A stretch of DNA of 64,000 bases from IMG/VR virus record IMGVR_UViG_3300050498_000493, one strand, 5' to 3'. This DNA comes from a virus. A model generated the notes under the pieces. That model made no database searches, was not told where the DNA came from, and saw only the letters and a program-made list of their open reading frames with translations. The position numbers and the translations under genes were made by a program. Shown here piece by piece: positions 57,791-64,000 of this stretch; positions within the stretch are counted from its first letter, which is position 1, and every line of letters begins with the position of its first letter.

Positions 57791-60700
57791 ATGCGGTCAT
57801 TAGTATGGTTGGTCGTCCTCCTCGGTCTCCTTGTCTGTACGCCCCGTGCGGACGCTGCAGAATATTTCACGGATAAAGACAGCATCGGTGGGGGCTGTAG
57901 TGATTCGAACCCGGGCACGCGCACGCAGCCCGTGTGTACGATTGATGCGGGCATTCGCAAACTCGCCGGCGGCGACACCCTCTGGATTCGGGCGGGCGAC
58001 TATGCCGAGGACATCTGGCCGTCCAATGACAACCGCTTTGGGCATGCCTGGGTGCCCGCAGGCACCAGTGAGAGTAATCGCACGATCATTTCCGGCTACG
58101 GCAACGAGCGCCCCCAGATACGCCGCGTCAACTTTGACTTTAACCAGAGTCCTCCCTCATCGCAGACGAGTTGGTTTACCCTTCGGCAAATCTATATTGA
58201 TGGCACGCGGCTTGGTCCCAAGGGGGGGGGCCAGCCCAACTGTGCCGACATCATGCATGGGCACCACAACCGCCTCCAAAACGTCTGGTTGATCGACTGT
58301 CCGTCCATGTGTACGCGGATCGAAGGGGAGTACCAGGACATTCTGGATTCACGCCTGGAGGGGTCCTTTTGGTACGGGACGTATTATTCGGGCAGTCATG
58401 GGAGGATCGACAACAATGTTTTTGCCAATAATGGCGGCTATGGCGTCCATATGTACCTGCTGGGGCAAGCCTGCCCGAGTTCAGATTGTGTCCATGACAA
58501 CGTCGTCTCCAATAATCGGGTCTACGGCAACGGGCGTGGTCCTGATGCCGCGCAAGGGGCCGGGGGCCTCCTCATCTCGCGCGGCGCCAACCATGTGGCC
58601 TACAATAATCTCGTCTACAACAATGCGTTTGGGCTCTCGATGGACCATCAGTGTGTCAACTGTGCTTTCTATAATAATACGAGTTATGGCAATGACGGCT
58701 ATGGCCTCCAGGTGTCCACCGTCACCAACGGCGGCGCCATCGTTCGCAATAATATTGTGGTTGGCAACGGCAATGACATTAGCATTGGCAATACCAGCCT
58801 CGTGGCCTCCTATAGCAATAATCTCTGTGGCGCTGGTGGCGGGTATACCTGTACCCACTCTGGCGATCCGCAGTTTACCAATGCCGGTGGGGGCGATTTT
58901 TCCTTGCAAGGGGGGAGTGCAGCCCGCAATCAAGGGGCCACAATCTCGATGGTCACGACGGGCTACAGTGGCCCTCCGGCGTTTGCGCCCATTAGCCGTC
59001 CCCAAGGCCCGGCCTATGATATCGGCGCCTATGAGTACCAGGAAGGCACCCAGCCCTTTGATTTTCAGGTCCAGTACCCTGGCGTCCAAACGATTGCGCA
59101 GGGCGGCACGCGGAGTTTTTCGGCCTCCGCAACGGTGGTCAGTGGAACACCCGTGCCTGTCACGTTTAGTGTGACCAGCCTGCCGAGCGGGGTCAGTGTC
59201 TCCAGTATTACGAACTCGCCCTGCACCCCAGGGTGTAGCGCGACCGTGACGCTACAAGCTCTGGCCGGCGCTACCCCGGGCGACTATAGCCCAACACTCA
59301 GCGCGGCGAATGGCAGTCAGGTGCGGAATTCCCCAGGCTGGACCCTCTCGGTCACCGGCACGGGAGGGAGTTTTGATTACTCGGTGAGCGATCCTGGAGA
59401 CCGGACGGTCCTCCAAGGGCAAAGTATCCAGGTGCCCGTGACGATTACCACGCTCACAGGAACCCCGGCTGCTGTGACCTTGAGTGTCACCTCCACCCTA
59501 CCCTCGGGCGTCAGTGCCAGCTGGGCCGGCACGCCCTGTACCCCGTCGCCCAATTGTACGAGTACCCTCACGCTCACGGCGACGCCGAGTGCGCCCGTCA
59601 CCCCGTCCCCGGTCACCGTGACCCTGCATGGGGCGGCGGGTGCGCTCACCCATGACCGGACGTTTCCCCTCACCGTGGCCGCGCAAGCCCCGCCGCAGGT
59701 GGGCGGCAATCCGATCTATGTGCGGTGTGCGTCAGCCAGTGGGGGGACAAGCAATGATAGCTTTAGTTGTACCGAAGCCGAAGACCCCGCCAAGGCCAAG
59801 CGCACCTTGAGTAATGCCCTCACCGAATGTATGAACACGATCCCCGGCAAAATCCTCTATCTCGAAGGCAATGGCTGTACGTACGTGGAAGAAATCGATA
59901 CGCTCGCGCGCCCCATGCTGGGCGGCAATGGCCCCAGCATGACCACCAATACGCGCCTGGAGGGGTACGGGAGCCCCGTCCCCATTATTCAGTCGCCCAA
60001 CCCTGGGGGCGCGCTCCTCTATCTCCACAACAACGACCATTATTTGACGTTCAAACGGCTGGTCTTCGACGGCGCCAATCACACCTTTAACCTGGGGGTG
60101 TTTCTGGCAGGCACCCACCACGTCCGCCTCGAAGAAGTGGAGCTCAAAAATAGTCTCAGTGGGGGCTTTGAAGGACTCTACATTGAAAATAGCGCCAACA
60201 TTGAACTGATCAACACCTTTGTCCATCACACCGGCAGCCACGGGATCACGGTGGACAACGGCATGGATACCTTGCTGTGTAGTGGGTGCCATATTTTTAA
60301 CGCGACCGGCAAGGGGTTGAACGTCACCAATGCCGGGACGAAGACGAACATCACCATCGAGCAGACGGAAGTCCGCAACAATGGGGGGGACGGGATCGAT
60401 CTCAATGGCGGGACCGGCACGCTGCTGCAAAATCTCTTGGTGCATTCCAACGGGGGTCGCGGGGTGTGGGTCCACGGGGGCGCGAGTGAGACACGGACGT
60501 TGAACAGCACCGTCTACGGCAATACCGGGGTCGGGCTCCAGTGTGATACGGGTGCCACGAGCACGCACGTCCGCAATACCATCGCGTACGGCAATACCGG
60601 GGGCAATATCCTCAACAATTGCGGGGCCACCGTCGCCAAAAACCTCTGTGCCGCGCTCTCGGCGGAGTGTGCGGTGTTTGGTGATCCACTCTTCGTCGCG

Positions 60701-60907
60701 GCGCCGGGCGATCTCCACCTGGGCAATGGCTCACCGGGCATCAATGCGGGCGAACTCATCTCCAGTATCACGGTGGATTACGACGGCAATCCGCGCCAAC
60801 AAGATACCCAAGATATTGGGGCCTATGAACGCACGCAGGCGGCGCCCGTCGGCCCCGACGTCACGGTGCGCCAGCGAGACCTCGCCCGGGTAGGGTGGTA
60901 TTTCTGA
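57791..60907 (+). CDS. Secreted protein with two parallel beta-helix domains and two Ig-like repeats
   Basis: MRSLVWLVVLLGLLVCTPRADA-A; NN..YGN/GG.G repeats; DIGAYE twice. Confidence 0.85.
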   Translation: MRSLVWLVVLLGLLVCTPRADAAEYFTDKDSIGGGCSDSNPGTRTQPVCTIDAGIRKLAGGDTLWIRAGDYAEDIWPSNDNRFGHAWVPAGTSESNRTIISGYGNERPQIRRVNFDFNQSPPSSQTSWFTLRQIYIDGTRLGPKGGGQPNCADIMHGHHNRLQNVWLIDCPSMCTRIEGEYQDILDSRLEGSFWYGTYYSGSHGRIDNNVFANNGGYGVHMYLLGQACPSSDCVHDNVVSNNRVYGNGRGPDAAQGAGGLLISRGANHVAYNNLVYNNAFGLSMDHQCVNCAFYNNTSYGNDGYGLQVSTVTNGGAIVRNNIVVGNGNDISIGNTSLVASYSNNLCGAGGGYTCTHSGDPQFTNAGGGDFSLQGGSAARNQGATISMVTTGYSGPPAFAPISRPQGPAYDIGAYEYQEGTQPFDFQVQYPGVQTIAQGGTRSFSASATVVSGTPVPVTFSVTSLPSGVSVSSITNSPCTPGCSATVTLQALAGATPGDYSPTLSAANGSQVRNSPGWTLSVTGTGGSFDYSVSDPGDRTVLQGQSIQVPVTITTLTGTPAAVTLSVTSTLPSGVSASWAGTPCTPSPNCTSTLTLTATPSAPVTPSPVTVTLHGAAGALTHDRTFPLTVAAQAPPQVGGNPIYVRCASASGGTSNDSFSCTEAEDPAKAKRTLSNALTECMNTIPGKILYLEGNGCTYVEEIDTLARPMLGGNGPSMTTNTRLEGYGSPVPIIQSPNPGGALLYLHNNDHYLTFKRLVFDGANHTFNLGVFLAGTHHVRLEEVELKNSLSGGFEGLYIENSANIELINTFVHHTGSHGITVDNGMDTLLCSGCHIFNATGKGLNVTNAGTKTNITIEQTEVRNNGGDGIDLNGGTGTLLQNLLVHSNGGRGVWVHGGASETRTLNSTVYGNTGVGLQCDTGATSTHVRNTIAYGNTGGNILNNCGATVAKNLCAALSAECAVFGDPLFVAAPGDLHLGNGSPGINAGELISSITVDYDGNPRQQDTQDIGAYERTQAAPVGPDVTVRQRDLARVGWYF

Positions 60908-60919
60908 CGGGGGGATGGC

Positions 60920-61423
60920 ATGGCCGACGATATTCAGGTGCAGAGCCAGGGCGGCGGCGGCAATGGGTTCTCGGTGGACTTGAAGCAGCGCAGCCTGGGG
61001 ATTACCGGCCCCATCGTCATCCCCGTCATTTGTCTCCTCTTGCTGGGCGTGCTGGGGTGGATACGCTCGAAAGATCTCAATGAGCATTTAAAGGCGCTCG
61101 GGGCGCGGCAAGAGCAAATCCGCACGGAACTCCGCGAGCAAAATGCGCTGGCGGCGGCGCAGACGGAAGCCCTGCGGGGCGAGTTGCGCGACCAAAACGC
61201 CCTCGTGCATGCCCAAAGCGAGGAATTTCGCAATGAGTTTCGCGCACAGAACCGCACCATGGCGGAGCAGGCCGTCACCGCGCAGCAGGCCTTAGCGGCG
61301 CAGATGCAAGGCGTGGCCGAGCGCCTCAGTATTCTCTCGTATAATTTGGACAAACCCCCGGGGGAACGCTTACCCCTGGATGTCTCGCCGAGTCATATCC
61401 CCCAGCCCGAGCGTTCGCGCTAG
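60920..61423 (+). CDS. Membrane-anchored coiled-coil protein (holin/spanin-like, tentative)
   Basis: One TM helix followed by repeated coiled coil. Confidence 0.5.
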   Translation: MADDIQVQSQGGGGNGFSVDLKQRSLGITGPIVIPVICLLLLGVLGWIRSKDLNEHLKALGARQEQIRTELREQNALAAAQTEALRGELRDQNALVHAQSEEFRNEFRAQNRTMAEQAVTAQQALAAQMQGVAERLSILSYNLDKPPGERLPLDVSPSHIPQPERSR

Positions 61424-61436
61424 GAAGGAGCCCGTG

Positions 61437-61658
61437 ATGCGGACACGCTGGGGCGTGCTCGTGGGGCTCTGCCTCCTGTCGAGCGGGTGCTTCTGGCGCC
61501 TCCATGAGCTCACGACAGCACTGGCAGAGCGGCACGTTGCCTCGTGCATTTTTTCTGTAGGCTTTCCGTATCCTTTCATCCTGGTACGCGTGGTCACCGT
61601 GACCGGAGGGGCAAGTCTTGAAACATGCAAAGAGATCGAGCGCCTGCTTGGCCCCTAG
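61437..61658 (+). CDS. Small putative lipoprotein
   Basis: MRTRWGVLVGLCLLSSG-C lipobox; AAGGAG RBS. Confidence 0.55.
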   Translation: MRTRWGVLVGLCLLSSGCFWRLHELTTALAERHVASCIFSVGFPYPFILVRVVTVTGGASLETCKEIERLLGP

Positions 61659-61668
61659 GAGTTGACGT

Positions 61669-61827
61669 ATGTACGTTGTGTTAATAGTTCTGTTGATACT
61701 TATTGTGCTTGGGGCATTTCCCGGTGCGCCCTGGAGTAGTTGGCATTCGTATGGATACTATCCCAGTGGAATAATAGGAATTATACTCATAGTGCTCGTG
61801 GTCCTGTTACTCGCAGGCCGCCTCTAG
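61669..61827 (+). CDS. DUF3309-like small membrane protein (52 aa, absent from ORF track)
   Basis: MYVVLIVLLILIVLGAFPGAPWSSWHSYGYYPSGIIGIILIVLVVLLLAGRL. Confidence 0.75.
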   Translation: MYVVLIVLLILIVLGAFPGAPWSSWHSYGYYPSGIIGIILIVLVVLLLAGRL

Positions 61828-62133
61828 CCCCACCTACCCGAGGAGCCACCAGAGCACGGCCCCCAGCGCCGCGCCGATGCCCGTCAGCACCACACCCAGG
61901 ATACATCCGGCGCCACTGGGACCCTGGTTGTGCCGATCAGCATTCATGCCTCTGCCCTCCTCCGCCGATATTTACCTATAGGTAAATAAATATTCTCCTT
62001 TTGGAGAATTTTCACGCAAAAATTTTTCTTTTGGCGAATGCGAGCAAATGGTGTATGCTTGCCACAACCCACGGGGAAGGCTCGTACCCTTTTCCCCGGC
62101 GCTGTGCCCCGAGCCCTGCGAGACATGAGGACG

Positions 62134-62529
62134 ATGGCTGACCCAGAGGCGGGAGACCTGCGCGATGACATTGCCCGGCGCCTGGACGCCATGCGTGAGG
62201 ACAAAGGCTGGTCGCTGTCCGAGTTGGCCGAGCGGGCCGGGGTCAAGCTCGGGATCCTCTCCACGCTCCACCGGGGGCGGCGGAAGGGGCGCAATATGAA
62301 ACTCGGGGTGGCCGTGCAACTCTGTCGCGCACTCGGCAAACAGGTGGGGCGCGATCTGCTTCTCGAAGAGCAGGCCCCCTGGCAACTGCCGGACGGCGTG
62401 GACCTCGCGCAGCTGTCCCAGCGGGAGAAAGAAGGCCTCATTATTGGGTTAGTGGCCGAGTTTCTACGACGGGGGTTCCAGCTTCCCCCCGTGCTAGAGC
62501 GAAGGAGCGACGAGGATGCCGACCTCTGA
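62134..62529 (+). CDS. XRE-family HTH regulator
   Basis: RLDAMREDKGWSLSELAERAGV...LCRALG. Confidence 0.85.
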   Translation: MADPEAGDLRDDIARRLDAMREDKGWSLSELAERAGVKLGILSTLHRGRRKGRNMKLGVAVQLCRALGKQVGRDLLLEEQAPWQLPDGVDLAQLSQREKEGLIIGLVAEFLRRGFQLPPVLERRSDEDADL

Positions 62530-62850
62530 GAACGACCAACTGCCCGCAAGTGATCCTATCCCAGCCCCCCCGGACGTCGTGGCTTGGGAGGAAGAAGTCG
62601 CGGCGATGACCGAGGAAGAATTCTACAAGTACCTGGAGGACAACGAGGGTGGCCTCGCCTTTGGGGCCTAATATCCGGCAGCGTGCGCCGCGTGGGAAGC
62701 TTGTCGAGGGCATCCACGCGGCTACGTAGCACACAGCCTTTGAGAGAAAGGTGTGTTGTGTTCATTCTACCAGATCTGTGCCCCACCCGTGCATCTCGTC
62801 CTGGTGTGTCTCGGCTGTGGTCGCGCATGCTCCCGCAGGAGGGGTAAGCA

Positions 62851-63633
62851 ATGGCCTCGCCGCGCGCTGTCAACCCGACCGTGCTCCCGGCCGAGGAGCG
62901 TCCGCCGCATCCCGACCTGATGCTGTTACTCGCCATGGAGCATCTGCAACAGGGGCAGCAACGGCTGGAAACCGAGGTCCAACACCTCGTCCCGCTTCTC
63001 GAACAAATTATTGCCCTCCTCGACACACCCAAAGAACCCCCGGCGCCGCCTATTGCCTCCTATGCCAGTCTGTATGCGGACGAGGCCCTTGCGTGCGTGC
63101 TCCCCCAGACGGTCGAGACACCGCCGCGCTCTCCACAACACGGGAGGTGGCGCCGGCTTTTCGCCTCGCGGAGTAGCCGTGTGGTCGGGCTCGTGGCCGT
63201 GCTCGCGGTGTGCGCTTTGCCCTGGTACCGGGTCAATGTCACGTCCAGTGCGCCTCGTGGGGTCTGGCGTATGCTGGCGGTGCCGCCGGTGGTGGAGAAA
63301 GGCATGTGGGTCACGCTGCCCGCCCCGGCGAGTGTGAAAATCTGGGCGCCGCACTGGGCCAGTCTGCTCAAGCCTGTCGCGGCGGTGGCCGGAGAGCAGG
63401 TGTGTGTGTCGCGGGAGACGCTCTGGATTCGGGGGCAGTCGTTTGGGCGCGTCCTCACGCAGGATGCGGAAGGGACCCCGCTTCCCCGGCTGAGAGAGGG
63501 GTGTGTGGTGGTGCAGGCTGGAACGGTGTTTCTGGCGAGTACGGCGCCGCAGAGTCTCGATAGTCGCTATTTTGGGAGTGTGCCGGTAGCGGCGCTCACC
63601 GCGCGGGCGCTCCCGCTACTGACGTGGAGGTGA
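62851..63633 (+). CDS. traF: S26-family signal peptidase, TraF-like
   Basis: VNVTSSAPRGVW...LLKPVAAVAGEQVC...SLDSRYFGSV. Confidence 0.8.
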   Translation: MASPRAVNPTVLPAEERPPHPDLMLLLAMEHLQQGQQRLETEVQHLVPLLEQIIALLDTPKEPPAPPIASYASLYADEALACVLPQTVETPPRSPQHGRWRRLFASRSSRVVGLVAVLAVCALPWYRVNVTSSAPRGVWRMLAVPPVVEKGMWVTLPAPASVKIWAPHWASLLKPVAAVAGEQVCVSRETLWIRGQSFGRVLTQDAEGTPLPRLREGCVVVQAGTVFLASTAPQSLDSRYFGSVPVAALTARALPLLTWR

Positions 63634-63636
63634 TGA

Positions 63637-63987
63637 ATGGATACGTTACAGCAGATACGCGAACGCATGGCCAACCTGTATCGGACGTTCCTGGGCCGCG
63701 ATCCTGGGCCGGGTGGGCGTCAGGAGTCGTCGCTCGTCAACGGCGTCCTGCGGCAAACGCTTGATCCAGATCAGGCCCTGGCGCAACAGCGCCTCACGAC
63801 CCCCGAGCGCCCGGGCAATCAGCCGTCCCTCGCGCGGCAGGCCTTTGACCAGCTGGGACAGCGCACGACCCCAGAGCCGTCGACCCAACAAGTCCTGGAC
63901 AAGATTGACGCGCTGCAACAACGCCTTGCCGCCGCCAGGCAGGCCGATCAGGCGCAACGGCGCCAAGGGTGGGAGCGTGGACGGTAG
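63637..63987 (+). CDS. Hypothetical protein with plasmid/mobilisation-style C-terminus
   Basis: GGAGG RBS; ends QRRQGWERGR. Confidence 0.5.
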   Translation: MDTLQQIRERMANLYRTFLGRDPGPGGRQESSLVNGVLRQTLDPDQALAQQRLTTPERPGNQPSLARQAFDQLGQRTTPEPSTQQVLDKIDALQQRLAAARQADQAQRRQGWERGR

Positions 63988-64000
63988 CGAGGATCGCCCG

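Larger units (their letters stand above)
1..61900. mobile_element. Siphovirus-like tailed phage/prophage (partial; no integrase, replication genes or att sites seen in window)
   Basis: Canonical order terminase-portal-MuF-scaffold-capsid-head/tail joining-tail tube-chaperone-tape measure-Dit-L/K/J-like tip-fibre; no sheath gene recognised. Confidence 0.95.

Noticed and set aside
52405..60907. Diversity-generating retroelement acting on fibres
   Set aside because: No reverse transcriptase and no adenine-variant TR/VR pair seen; paralogs are too diverged
1..64000. Genome-wide stop codon reassignment
   Set aside because: TGA, TAG and TAA all end genes at expected positions (many ATGA overlaps); only MuF has an internal TGA

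Overview
The window is mostly one GC-rich, siphovirus-type tailed phage or prophage. 1-5.5 kb: small leftward early genes separated by a recurring hairpin/RBS spacer, behind an XRE regulator and sigma70-like promoters. 5.8-61.8 kb: a long rightward late region with ParB-like plus Mom-like DNA modification, TerS/TerL, portal, antirepressor, MuF/gp7 head protein, an accessory insert, scaffold, major capsid, head-tail joining genes, two tail-tube paralogs, a frameshifted tail chaperone, tape measure, tail tip, an S74-chaperoned fibre and two blocks of putative appendage genes. 62-64 kb: an XRE gene and a TraF-like S26 peptidase, suggesting a conjugation-type module or the prophage edge. Most notable observations: (1) the MuF gene has an in-frame TGA exactly at the conserved Cys of HxxCRS, followed at once by a SECIS-like hairpin, making it a candidate phage structural selenoprotein; (2) at least nine fibre/appendage-like genes carry signal peptides, three of them paralogous to signal-less copies; (3) three antisense free-standing HNH genes share a ~100-nt structured leader whose loop pairs next to the RBS, with covariation; (4) a 259-nt ORF-less group I intron splits the major capsid gene next to one of those HNH genes. 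All family calls come from motif recognition by eye; no searches or folding programs were run.
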